Of a stretch of 64,000 bases of DNA, positions 1 through 12,793 are shown one piece after another. The translations under genes were made by a program, and so were the position numbers. Numbering within the stretch: the stretch's first letter is position 1; each line of letters starts with the position of its first letter. The notes under the pieces are model-generated. The model worked only from the letters and a program-made list of their open reading frames with translations. It was not told the DNA's origin and did not search any database. Origin of the DNA: Azolla caroliniana (taxonomy: Eukaryota > Plantae > Polypodiophyta); contig JBHGNT010000014.1 of the NCBI GenBank assembly GCA_043228905.1, positions 19,282,001 through 19,346,000 on the forward strand. The letters are read 5' to 3'.

Positions 1-350
1 TCTATCCTAAAGGTAGAATGATGTAGACCACATTTTAGTCTTTAAGCTTCGGAAAACTAGTAAGACATGAATTTCCTACTTTATCATCCTAGATTATGAA
101 TGATGTAGGTCACACCTGGGGGTTAGCGTCAGTAGTACATGGAAATTTCTACAGGGAGAAAATGCATGTAGCCTCCTTAAGTAGTGATGATAATTCCAAA
201 TGTACATTTACCTCCAGAAGTTCATGATGTATTTAAAATCCATGAAAGTTATCATTAGTATTGACCTAATAAATCTATTTCATGAAGTTTGAATCTACAA
301 CTTGTGATTACGAATAATGTATAAAATTTTTGAATAATGTTCTGATGCAG

Positions 351-995
351 GGAGAAGGTTCATGTGGCTTCTTCAAATGGTGTGATGATAATTCTTCTTC
401 AGCTCCAGCAAGTCTGGCATATGGAAACCCATTTCAGGAGAGGTCAGCCCCTTCTCCACAAACACCATCTGGACAATGCTATAAATGTGGAATGGGAGGC
501 CATTGGGCTAAAGATTGCTCAAACCCAATCAATCAAAATGTTAAAGTATATGCTAACAACACAAAGACTAGTAATCAGCATCAATCTCTTGGAAATGCAA
601 CAACTGCTGGCGTGACTTGCTACAAGTGTGGCCAAGTTGGTCATTGGGCAAATACATGTGGTATGAATCCACCTCAGCTTGCAAGAGGAATTAGAGCTGG
701 TTCAAATGGAGAGTTTCCTAATGGTCCAGGTGGTGTTGTGAGCGGATCAGGTGCTAATACTAATGTTAATTCTGGAGGTTGTTTTAAGTGTGGAGAGCAT
801 GGTCATTGGTCCCGAGATTGCCCTGGTATCTTGAATGCTCGGTTAAGTAGTAACTTTGGAGGGCAATGTGAAGGTGCCCCTTTCTCTGCCAAAACTACTA
901 ATAATAGCAGTAGTAGAAATTGCTTTAAGTGTGGTGGTCAAGGTCATTGGGCTAATCAATGTATGGGAGAAGTAAAAGGAAGAGGCATGCACTAA
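351..995 (+). CDS. TOP3A: Terminal exon of a probable DNA topoisomerase III alpha (end of a GRF zinc finger plus four CCHC zinc knuckles)
   Basis: Acceptor tgatgcag|G at 350/351 is in frame with ORF 330..995. CGFFKWCD is the end of a GRF finger, followed by four CxxCxxxGHWxxxC knuckles. A GRF+CCHC C-terminus is typical of plant TOP3alpha; the catalytic exons are outside the window, so identity is inferred. Confidence 0.65.
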   Translation, partial: GEGSCGFFKWCDDNSSSAPASLAYGNPFQERSAPSPQTPSGQCYKCGMGGHWAKDCSNPINQNVKVYANNTKTSNQHQSLGNATTAGVTCYKCGQVGHWANTCGMNPPQLARGIRAGSNGEFPNGPGGVVSGSGANTNVNSGGCFKCGEHGHWSRDCPGILNARLSSNFGGQCEGAPFSAKTTNNSSSRNCFKCGGQGHWANQCMGEVKGRGMH

Positions 996-2577
996 GTCTT
1001 TTGTATGTGAATATGAGTGTAAATGTGTTACTATCCGCATGAAATTTTGCACAAAACTCTCTCAAGGCTTTTGCTGTGAATGTGTATAAAATTGATAATA
1101 TGCACAAATTATTACACAATTTCATAATCTGCAAACCTAGTCGTTTATAGAAATATACCTCTATAAATATGTAACTAACAACTTATGTTTCATTGGAGCA
1201 TCCAATATCACGCTATCTTTGGTATTGAATCTGTAAGGACATTGAATGTAGGGGAGAGGCAAAAGGAAGAGTGATGCATCAAGATCTATGTGAATATGTG
1301 TATTTGTAAATGTGAATGATTGAACTGCCTTATACTTCAAATTGTTTGAAGCATCTGGTGAAGTTATCAATTGTTGAAACTGCACCTTTAGGAGGTACAT
1401 CTATTGTCTTGTAGTGTTTACTTTTCAATGTCTGGTATGGGTAATGGAGAAGGATTTTGAAACTATTTGGTCTACGAGAATAGGAAGGAGGTAAATGGAA
1501 GGCCAAATTTTATAGTATGTCAATATGTGGAAATGTGATTGTGTGGTTGATCTTATGTAGAAATTCCATCTAAAAGCATATATATCTATAATTTGTAATT
1601 AACACTTCTGAAATGAATCTTTTGAGCTTGGGCTTGAATCCATACTACCAATGGAGACTTTTCTAGCATGATGATAAATGGTAACTTTATTAAAACATTT
1701 TTGGTCGTTGGAAGGGGATCTCATCAAATATGAATCCAATGTACAATTGTAACTATACATAATCTAGGTATTTGTTGATGAAGGGATTTTATCATCTATG
1801 ATATTTGGAACTCATATGATGAAGTTGACTCTTAAATTTTAATCCCATGCTATTTAATGGAAGGAAACATCCTATTATTAAACAATTGCGTTTCCCCTTA
1901 AAAAGTTGCAACAAAAGTATTGGCAGGCATTCTAAAATTATGGTCTCTATTTAGGATGAAAGAGCTTGGGTGTGTTTTGAATCATAAGTTTGTATTATTA
2001 AATGCTGAAAGTGTTGGTAACCATAAGTTTGCACTATTAAAGGACCAGAGTTGGCATTGCATACAAAATTTAAGGTAAACTGTATAGGGAATTTGGTGTA
2101 ATTTATTCTTAAATGTTTTTATTGAAATTGTTATAAAAAAGATGATATAAGATCCTTGTCCTAATTATTTAGAGAATCTAGCACTGAAAAGCTTCCATTC
2201 CTATATTTGAATAACATAAGCAACAATATAGTTTGTCTAATGGTTGTCCATTCTCTAAATTGGTTGATTTAGCACTGGCTGATTTCATATACAAGATACA
2301 CCAACTTTGCTTTAGTTGTAATGATGGCAACCATTGATAAAAGGCATCTATCTTATCATTGGGGCTCCTATACCAAACCAACAATAGGTAACTAAGTACT
2401 GAAAAACTTCACAAATGCATTTCATATTTAAAATTAAAAACATTTATAGAAACATGTCATGTCTTGTATAAATCATATGGCAAAGATATTAACCTTTTTG
2501 AACACTTTGATGCCACTATTATTGGAAGGAAAGGAGCAAAAATGTTCACCATCTTGCATAGGAAATTTCATATAAGC

Positions 2578-2580
<3 letters not shown>

Positions 2581-2609
<29 letters not shown>
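2581..2609. repeat. (TTA)n microsatellite
   Basis: Uninterrupted ttattatta run seen directly. Confidence 0.95.
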
Positions 2610-2611
<2 letters not shown>

Positions 2612-2830
2612 AATACATTTCTAGAATACTAACATTATATATGTTGCGATTCTTGCTCGGGAGGCTAGAGCATAGCCCTATATCATCCATTGGTTCGTAG
2701 GACAACTTTTGTGACTTCAAAAATCATCCTCATGTGTTGGGCGATTTGAAACTAAACATTGCTACTAAGATAAAAATGGTACACAACTATCACATTATTT
2801 TGGGGGAAAATATGGTGGAAGTTATAATGC

Positions 2831-4339
2831 TCACATTTGAACACTAAAAGTGTCTCGTGTAGAGGACATTGGGGATTGTTGTGGTTTAACATCTTGAATT
2901 TGTTGTTGGCTCCATTGGGTGGGAGTGAGGGCCTTCTTAATGGAGAAAGCATGGAGCCTCTTCATCTCATTTTCCAGAGCACCATTCACAAGTCTATGAC
3001 GTTCTAGAAGTTTCTTCCCCTCAAAAGCTGACGACACCACCTCAATAATGAAGCTTTCACCACACCTACTTGACAATCAACTTCATGAGTCTCTTTATCA
3101 ATAAATGTTCCTTAAAATCTAAAAGATGAAAAATTAAAACTCACCCGCTAGACATATCCACCACTTTCTGAGGATCATTTAAGCACAAAAGTTCCATGAA
3201 ATGACCACAACCGTAAGATTTAGTTAAGGAAATATGGAGTGCAAAATATATTTATGAATGTGATTATAGATAGATAGATAGACTTTGTGATTGTCTTAGG
3301 ATGTCAAATATGACACATGGGAGAGAGTGCAATTGTCTATGTTGAGCTTAAGTGAATTGGACCACGAAATCACTAGTTCAATGCACTAAACAAGCTTGAC
3401 AAAACAAAAATATGGAAGAGCTAAACTAGGTTAACATAAACTCCAACCCCACTTTTTAGCATATTAGCACCAGTATGGATCTGAAGCCATATCTTAATTT
3501 CATAGATGAATGTCCTATGCATTATCTATAAAAATGTCTTCAACATAGTATATACATGTTATAAATCGTCAATCTTGTACGTGTTTATGACAATTCTAAC
3601 TCCTTTTGTGAACGAACCGATTCATTTGTGCATGATGAAAAAACATAGTGTCAAAGTTCAAACCACCTCAATTTCTTGATCTCAACTTAGAGGAAATAAT
3701 GCAATCTACGTTTTCTCACATGTCCCTCTTTCTTTAGAGTTGTAATGACATTGAAATTGACTCCTATTATCCATGCACCATTGTAGACTACTAATCTACT
3801 CTATAAATAATAAATGAAACCACGACTTTATAATTTATATTTTCGGCCAACTTTTGTTATTTGCCATGTTAAATTAAGCTATCAATCAACATATATCTCA
3901 CATACGTGCATATCAAGATCTGGAAAGAATTGAACTACATCTAGTCATATAACACACAACATGCGCATAAAATTGCACCTAGTTTGACAATGTAACATTA
4001 TTTTTGTTATGTGAAATTTGAAAAACCCTCATTCAAGTTTTAGCCGCCCTTACTTATCTCAATTTAAAATTAAATAGTTTACATGTAAATCCTCTCATGT
4101 AGATTGACTAGTTTACGAAAGCTTGGCAATTAGAATAGTGGCTGTTTGGTGTATAAAAGCTTCTAGTGTAGACTAGACAACCACACCTATTTCTTTTGAC
4201 ACAAAAAAGGCCATTTTCAAAATATTTATAGTAAATGATAGAGATTACTATTGATGAAATATAGAAGGAGACTCACCAAGTACATTGGCTTAAGCTTTAT
4301 GTTTAATGCAATCTCAATTGCTTCTTTCGGAACCCCCAT
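2831..4339 (-). CDS. BOLA2: BolA2-like protein, 3 exons (4339-4277, 3167-3145, 3065-2831), 106 aa
   Basis: GT-AG introns join to give MGVPKEAIEIALNIKLKPMYL|KVVDMSSG|CGESFIIEVVSSAFEGKKLLERHRLVNGALENEMKRLHAFSIKKALTP, matching plant BolA2 (GCG...F.GK.LL.RHR.VN..L). Confidence 0.92.
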
Positions 4340-7174
4340 TTTTTGTGTACTTGTATCACTCTTACCATGAATGGCCTCATTATATAGTGCTTATCCATGC
4401 ATTTTCAACCTCATGAAAATTATACCTTTATATGACTCCATCATGTTCACATTCTTCATTTATATACATTACACCCAAACCTTATTTCTAAGTTCCATAG
4501 TTACCACACCACTCCTTTCATAAAAAGCTCATGCCATTTTATTGTTAATATTCTGTCAAATAAGAATCTATGTCAACACCCTCCTCATGAATGCTAATCA
4601 TACTCATTCACAATATCATTTTCATGAGAAAATCAATATCAACATCACGATATGTAAATCTTATAGCATATCGCCTTATAAGTATCATAAAAGAGAGAAC
4701 CAAGGTTGATAATAGCACAACTGTGGGTACAATATGCAACAATGAATAATATTATGAGGGAACGTTTGGACCTCAAAAAGTGCATTGTAAGAATTGCCTA
4801 GTGTCGGTTTAAGATGTTAAAACTATGTATAAAGAAAAAACAAATGCAATGATTGATCCTAATTTGCATTTTTAGGGTTACATAGAGTAAAAAGTAAGTG
4901 GTCCAATTTCCCTCCAACATTCCATTTCTCTATTTTTTCCCCAAAGTCTCAAAAAGATAATTGACTTCCCTGAAACATTCTCCTAACATCAACCTATTCT
5001 CATCGACGAATCAACCATGGCCAATTTTATATCACAAACATTTTGTCATTTGTCATTTCCCCTTCAAAGTAGTAAAAGAGGGCGAAAATTCCATTGATTC
5101 GGTCCACCATTAGACTCACTAGTGTCATGACTGTGGAAGATTAGAGAATGTAAGTAAGTGATGATAATTTACAAACAAAGCAATATTACAAGAGAGGGGA
5201 GAAAGAGAATCGAAGAAAATGAGGACATCTAGTAAAAAATTTGCTAGATAAAAATTGAGAGAAAACCGATGTTACTAATTAGTCTTGATTATTAGAACTC
5301 AAAGTTTGATACCTTGATTTTAGAGGCATAGTTGTTAGAGACCTTGAAATGCTACTCTATTTTATTAGAGAGCCTTAGAAACAAATTCTATCCTTGGTGT
5401 GTGTGCAAGAGAGTTCATTACATCTAGCAAAAACTACTTTATTATATACATATGTAGTAGGATATATTAATGGTAACAAAAATACATTAATAAATATACA
5501 TAGAAGTTTTATTTCTATCTCAAACTAGATCCATCTTTTGAAGTGATGTCAAAATGTTTGAGACACTAAACATGTTCACTGTGACGAAGAAAAGATTCAT
5601 CAAGCAACGTATACAAATATTCTTTGGTAGATAATGTTTGCCAACATTAATTTACTCCTAATTTGGAAACAAATATTCAAGAAAAGTTGAAGGGGATGTT
5701 GGACTTGTATGATTGAGAAGATATATTCTCTTTAAAGGAAGAGAAAGAACAAATCTATCAAACCATTACATGGATATAATCATATATCCAAACAATTTAG
5801 AATATTCTATTTTTCACTAAAAAAGAGCTACAACTAGTGACTCTACCCTCCAAAAATACAAAGCACTTCCATTTCCTCGAACTCATTTTTTTCCTCCCAA
5901 TAATGAAGTATTTCCTTTGTGATTTCTCATTTGTTTTCTATAAAAGAGATGTATGCATAACATGACAATACAAAAAACCTTCATTGTACCTACTATAAAG
6001 TGAAAGTAAACATTGTCGTTATGTAGGGTGAACATAGGAGGAAATAAGTTAAACTAGGAATATAAAAAATGTTGAATGATAGATTGAGGGTGTGGTAAGA
6101 AAGAGATATGTTGAATGGATTTGAATACAACAAAAAGGGAGTGGTAAGAAAGAGATATATTCAGTTGGAATTGAGTTCGAGAAGCTTAAGGAGAAGTACT
6201 GGTAGCCGAGAATGTATCTTGATGTTCACCACTTCGTGACGACATGCGAGAGCTGTCAGATACATTTCGGAATCCAGCACCACGACGAGTTGCACCCGAC
6301 CTACCTGGCAACCATTCACTTTAAGTGGATGGTTGATTTAGTGATGATGTCGATGGGGGTAGGGCAGATGTGATACCTAGTGCTTGCATAGGAGGACCTG
6401 ACGAACCAGGTGGAGGGCCGAGCGTTGCCGAATAAGACGACGACAACCTTGTGCTGGTTCTTGATTGAGGATGTGATTTGTTGGTACGGGTGCGTCGGGA
6501 AGATCGTGACCGATCAAGGGGAGCTGGACGCAAAAGAAGCAGAGGAGTTATTCGACTAACTAGGGGTCAAGCTTTCCCTCATGACGACATACAACCCGGA
6601 GACGAATGGGAAGGTCGAGAGGGGGCACAGGTTGATCATGAAGGCCATTGTACGAGCATGCGATGGACGAGTTGGGAACTAGCCTCGACTTCTCCCTTAA
6701 GCGCTGTGGGCTTATCAGGCTACACACAGTTCGGTAACTGGGTATATGCCAACCGAGCTTATGCTCGGTTAGAAGTCGATCATGCCAGTGGAAAGGACGA
6801 TCTCTTCGTGGACGATAGTCGACTGGACGAACGAGATGAGTTGGGAAGAGCTGCTAGTGACATGGATCCGACAACTCGAAAGAAGGCTGGAGGACATAGA
6901 ACGAGCTAAAGCAAAGCTACAAGCAGCGCAACTGAGGAACAAAGGGCGATTAGACCAAAAACACCGACTCTAGCCAAAGAAGATCGAAGAAGGTGATCGG
7001 GTGTTGGTCTACGACAACAACCTCGACAATCAGTACTGGTCGACCTGGAAGTTTGCGGGCGATGGTGCAGGCTTGTTGAGAATCAGACTCAACTTCTTGT
7101 GAGTAGGAACACACTCTAGGATACTCAAGTGTGTGAACACCCCACCTCCTTGTATAGTAACAAGTGTGTCATAG

Positions 7175-10100
7175 TGTTAATGTTAATGTGTGAAAGTGTT
7201 TAGACAGAACTGGCTTAGCCGGATAGCAAAAGAGAATAAGATGAAGGTTTAATGGAGAAGCTTAATACATAGAGAGTATACGCGGGAGAGACAGAGAGAG
7301 TAGAATGTAAATGTAGATTCAAAATAATAAAAACACTTTGTAACACTCTGTACATACAATGTGCTATAACAACACTATTTATACAAAGTCCATAAAGGAT
7401 TGACAGAAGTATTGATAGAAGTATTGACAAGTACTTCAATATTCCTACGTGCGATTGACACTAACTACGAGACAATGATTACCTAGTAGTCTAGGCTACT
7501 ACTAGGCTTTCGGTTCCCGCTCGAATCCGACTCTCCGATCCGTCTCCCCGATTCGGTTGGTTGTTTCCGGATACCATCTGAATATCGATCCGGTTCATCC
7601 TTCCAGATGTCGATCCGGCTCTGACTTATTCAGCCGATCCGGATCCGGTTGAGCTTGCTCGCTCAACACTCCCCCTCAAGCTCAACTTGAGGTCGGATCG
7701 TGGTGTTAGTGTTTGTGGCAGCCGATTCTTCTACCCGGCTCCTTCTGGCATCACTCCGCCTTGCTCGCGCTCCTCATTCGGTCTGGTCCTGTTTGCCACG
7801 ATCCTTCTGGTTCTGCCCACCTCGACCTCCTTGGTCGGCTTGTCAGCTGAACATGCCCATTTCAGCTCCCTCGTTGCTGCGACTCCGGCACTTGTCGACC
7901 CGTCGGTTCCTTCATGTTGGCGTCGACTTCCGTTGCGTCCGTGTTCGCTTGGCCTTTAGTTGATCCGGTTCCTCCGAATTCAACTGTTGAAGCAAATCAG
8001 CTGTCTCCGATTCGTTCCCACTCTTGTCCGAGTCGGTGTTCTCCAACACGTCTTCCGGTTTCAAGACCTTCACCACATCAGACCATGTCCGGGACTTGGT
8101 CTTCTTCCAGTCGGCTTTGTCCTTCTTGACTTTGCTATCGCTGCCGCTTGCTCCGACTTGTTTGGATGTGCCGACTCCTTTGGTCGACTCGACTTCCTTT
8201 TTCCGCTTATCTCCCCCCTTGGTTCTTCCTTCCTCTCCGGCTCCTTGTCCGGTGCCATTCATTCCCACTCATGTTCTCCCCCTCAAGTGCGGCACATTGA
8301 GATGCTGGATGCCGAGCATCTCCGAAAAGTGCTGCAACTTGTCCGATCCGAGCGGCTTGGTGAAGATGTCGGCAAATTATTGATCCGTGTGAACACTGCT
8401 CAGGACCCGCTCACGAACAAAGTGATAATGCACTTCTATATGCTTTGTCCGAGCATGGAATACAGGGTTCTTGGTGAGCTGAATGTTGCTCATGTCTTGC
8501 AGTAGTTGCCGAAGCTAGATGGTGTCACAGGTGGCAATGGTAGCGCCCCGATATTCAGCCTCAGTGCTTGACAGAGCCACTATTGGCTGCTTTTTGCTGC
8601 TCCTCGCAACAACCACGCTACCAAGAGAAAACATGTAACTGGAGATGGATCGGCGATCCGATGCATCACCAACCCAGTCGGCATCAGTATATCCGACTAG
8701 CTTCCCAGCTATACCGTATCAGTATAATAGTCCTCGGTCCTTCGTGCCACTAACATACTGGAGTATCCGGTGTGCGTACTAAAGGTGTTCGACGGTCGGT
8801 TTCTGCATGTACTAGCTGATCACTCCGATTGGATAATTGATGTCGGGTCGGGTGATTGTCAAGTAGATAAGGCTTCCAACAATTTGTCGGAACCGTTTCT
8901 CATTGTAGGCCGATCCAGAGTTGGGACGTAGCTTCAGGTTCCGGTCCAGGGGTGTAGAGCTCGGTCGCCATTCCGTCATGCCGAACTTGTACAACATATT
9001 CAACACATAATGGCATTGTGAGAGCAATATGCCGTCGGGGGTTCGGATCACCTCGATCCCAAGGAAATAATGAAGGTCCCCCAGGTTCTTCATCTCAAAT
9101 GCATCTGACAACTGGGCCTTGACACGACCGATTTCATTGAGTCTGGGTTCGGTGATGACTAAATCCTCTACATAGAGTAAGATGCAAACCGAACCGTTCG
9201 GACCTTGCCGGATGAACAACGATGAGTTAGATTTTGAGGCTGCAAACCCCATCTTACGCAACCGGTGCGTGATCTTCGCATTCCAAGCTCGAGGGGCTTG
9301 CTTCAGACCGTAAAGTGACTTTTTGAGTCGGCACACTACCGACTTGTTCATCTCCGACTAAAAACCGGGAGGTTGGATCATATAGACCCGTTCTTCAAGG
9401 TCACCTTGAAGAAACACATTCTTTACATCCATTTGGTGAAGATGCCACCCCCTTGTCGCAACAATCGCCAGTACCACACGAACCATCGTCATCTTCGCTA
9501 CCGGAGCAAAGGTCTCGTCGTAATCGATTCCGTGGGTTTGTGCATATCCCTTCGCCACTAACCGGGCCTTGTACCGGTTGACCGAACCGTCAACATTGTA
9601 CTTTACCTTGTACACCCATTTGAAACCGATCGGTTTACAGTGTCGGGGAGGGTCAACGAGGTCCCATGTGTCGTTGGCATTGAGTGCCCGTATTTCTTCT
9701 TCCATAGCGGGACGCCAGTTTGCGTCCTTTGCCGCTTCTGCGTAGCTCTTCGGCTCATGCACTTCCGCCACTTTGGTCATGTATGCATAGTGATGCGCCA
9801 TGTACTCATTGTACCCGTACCGCATAACGAGGTTCTTTTGGCGGGAAGATCGGCGTAACTTGTCATCACCCGGTTTGGGGCCCTTCTTGGCCGGTTTGAA
9901 CTTCGTTCCTGAATATCCGCCTTCATCCTTTCCGGAGTCGGATTTGCTCCGATTAGACTTAACGTTGCCAGTATTGTATTCCGGCATCTTCTTCTTCCCT
10001 TTCTCTTTGCGGGTGGACCGTCTCCTCAGTTCCTTGCGCGGGTCTCCACTACTCATCGGTTCTTCATCCGACTGGTCACTTTGACCCAGGCGCTCGTTCA

Positions 10101-12793
10101 GTCCGCTCAACTGAAACGATTCCGGACACTCTTCTAGAGTCTCAAGCTCATCAACTTCTATCTGGACTGGTTCAGGCTCACTGGCCTCATTCGCCGGGAT
10201 TGGGTCGGAGTCGGTAGAGAGTACCACGATGTCGTCTCATCAAACTCAACATCTCGGCTTACTTAGACTTGCTTCGTTGGGGGGTTATAACACTTATACC
10301 CCTTTTGCTCATGCGAGTAACCGACCAGGATGCACTTCTCCGACTTCGGATCCAACTTCCTTCGCTTCTCATCCGGTACATGCACATATGCTATGCTGCC
10401 GAATATCCGAAGGTGTCTCAAATTCGGCTTGCGCCCGAAATACAGCTCGTGTGCTGACACCTTGTCTCCGATCCGGTTTTGGATGTAGACGGCCGTTCGG
10501 ACCGCCTCAACCCAATAGAATTGGGGCATGCTTTTCTCCTCCAGCATTGCCCTTGCCGCGTCGACAATCGACCGGTTCTTTCTCTCGGCCACATTGTTTT
10601 GTTCCGGTGTGTATCGACAACTGAATTCTCTCTGAATTCCGTTTTGTTGCAAATAACTATTGAATTGGCCGGAAAAGTATTCTTTTCCACCATCCGACCG
10701 TAGGCACTTGATCTTCCTCTCCGTTTCCCGTTCAACTAAGCTTTGAAGGTTTCGGAAACATTCGAAGACTTCACTCTTCCTCTCAATGAGGTAGATCCAT
10801 GTGTGCCGACTGTAGTTGTCGATGAAGGAGACGAAATACCGACTCCCGCCAAGACTAACGTTTTGTGCCGGTCCCCATACATCCGAATGGATTAAGTCGA
10901 GCTTGTTACGGCTCTGGTTTTGTTCGGTGGGGAATGGAAGCAGGTATTGCTTCCCGAGTTGGTAGGCTTCACAAATTTTGGCTTTCCGGCCGCTAAATTT
11001 ATGCAAACCACAAACAACTTGTTTCGATTGCAAGTCCCGAAGCCTCAGGTAATTGACATGGCCGATCCTCTTGTGCCAAAGATCGATGTCCGATTCAATC
11101 TTTTGTTCTTTGACAAACATGGCGGTGCCGACGTCATTAGTGTTGAGGATGAATATCCTCCCTTCTTTACGCCCTTGCGCAATAATCTAGCCCTCTTCCT
11201 TGATGAAGCACCCGAGGTGCGTAAACCGCACCTGCATCCCCAGGTCGACGATCTGTCCGACCGACACCAGGTTCTTTGTGATTGTCAGAATGTGTAATAT
11301 GTTCATCAACTTCCCCTTCTGTCTGACATGGCTCAAAGGGACTTCTTCGACAGGCACAATTGGGTGAGGAGTGTCGTCTCCGGTTTTGACAACTCCCAGT
11401 TGATCCGGTTTCTCTAGAAAGGAGAACCACTCTTCGTGGCTTGTCATGTGGTTTGACGCACCGGAATCAACGTACCATACTTCCTCCGATTTGGAAGTAG
11501 TCTTCTTCATTGGGTTTGCCGTGTGTCTCATCACGAAGGCTAGCCCTTTACCGGTCTTCCCGGTTCCGAATCCTTCCGATCCTTCTGCGTAGTGCATGCT
11601 TTGCCGGTTTTCCTGACCGGTTTTGCCGGATCCGGATTTGTCCAAATCGGCGTGCTTCTTCCAACACTCGGTTTCCATGTGGCCCTTTTTGCCACAATAC
11701 CAACATTCCGTGTCGGTTTTTCCTTGCCGGCTTCCGGCTTTGCTTTGACTCCCCCTATTTGTGGAGGGTCCGTAACTGCCATCGGCACTACCTCGGTGCC
11801 TTCGATGCTGCTCTTGCCGGCTGCCTCTATTGCGTGCCGACCCACCTCGTCCACCATGTCCATGGGGCCGATATGTCTCTGTGTACAACATCTGACCATC
11901 CGATTGAGTGGTTCTCGACCCACTCGCATGGTTTTCTTCGATCATCAGCATCGATTGCAAGTCGAAGAAAGTCGATGGCTTCTCCCAGGTTCAGATCGCC
12001 GTCCGGATTGGCCCGTACCTTTGCGCTAGACCACGAGGCAGATTTGTACCATCTCGTCTTCGTCCACTATCACGTTGATGGACCCGAGTGCGTCACAAAT
12101 CTCCTTTATCTTGGTGGTGTAATCCGTAACCGACATGTCTCTTTGCCGAATGTTGTTCAACTCTTGCCGGAGCTGCAACTTATGAGCTGTGGTACTCGCG
12201 GCAAAAATCTTCCTGAGATTTCCCTAGGCCTCCTTCGGTGTTTTTGCATCCTTTATGTAGCCGAGCATTTGGTCGTGCACACAGGATGCTAGGCAGTACA
12301 ATACTCGGCTCACTCCTTGCTCCCATACCGAGAAGTTCTTGTGTGCCGGCTCCGCTGCTACCTCGTTCGTTCGTTCCAGGAAGCTCCAATATCCATGCTC
12401 CAACAGATACTGGTGCATTTTTTATGACCAGGACGTGTAGTTGCTCCGCTCGAGCTTCTTTGTTGGAAGTGAACTTGCCATTCTTCTGTCCATATCTTCT
12501 TTCTGTTCTGTTGTTACCGGGTTCTAGGGTTCTTCTACGAAAGCAAGTGTCGGCTACAGAGGTTCTTAACCCTCGCGCTCTGATACCATGTTAATGTTAA
12601 CGTGCAGAAGCGTTTAGACAGAACTGGCTCAGCCGGACAGCAACAGAGAATAAGATGAAGGTTTAATGGAGAAGCTTAATACACAAAGAGTATATGCGGG
12701 AGAGACAGAGAGAGTAGAACGTAAACGTAGATTCAAAATAATAAAAACACTCTGTAACACTCTGCACATACAATATGTTAGAACATCACTATT
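7175..12793 (-). mobile_element. Copia element B: 3' LTR 7175-7668, PPT 7669-7680, broken gag-pol about 7912-12481, PBS(iMet) 12577-12588, truncated 5' LTR 12589-12793
   Basis: The two LTR copies match (TGTTAATGTTAA...). PBS tggtatcagagc on the minus strand. Gag zinc knuckle CWYCGKKGH, PR WYVDSGAS, IN and RT motifs occur in copia order. Confidence 0.92.

Noticed and set aside
5132-5646. Possible ancient LTR (TGTGG...CCAACA) upstream of BolA2
   Set aside because: No second copy, TSD or recognisable coding remnant could be verified.
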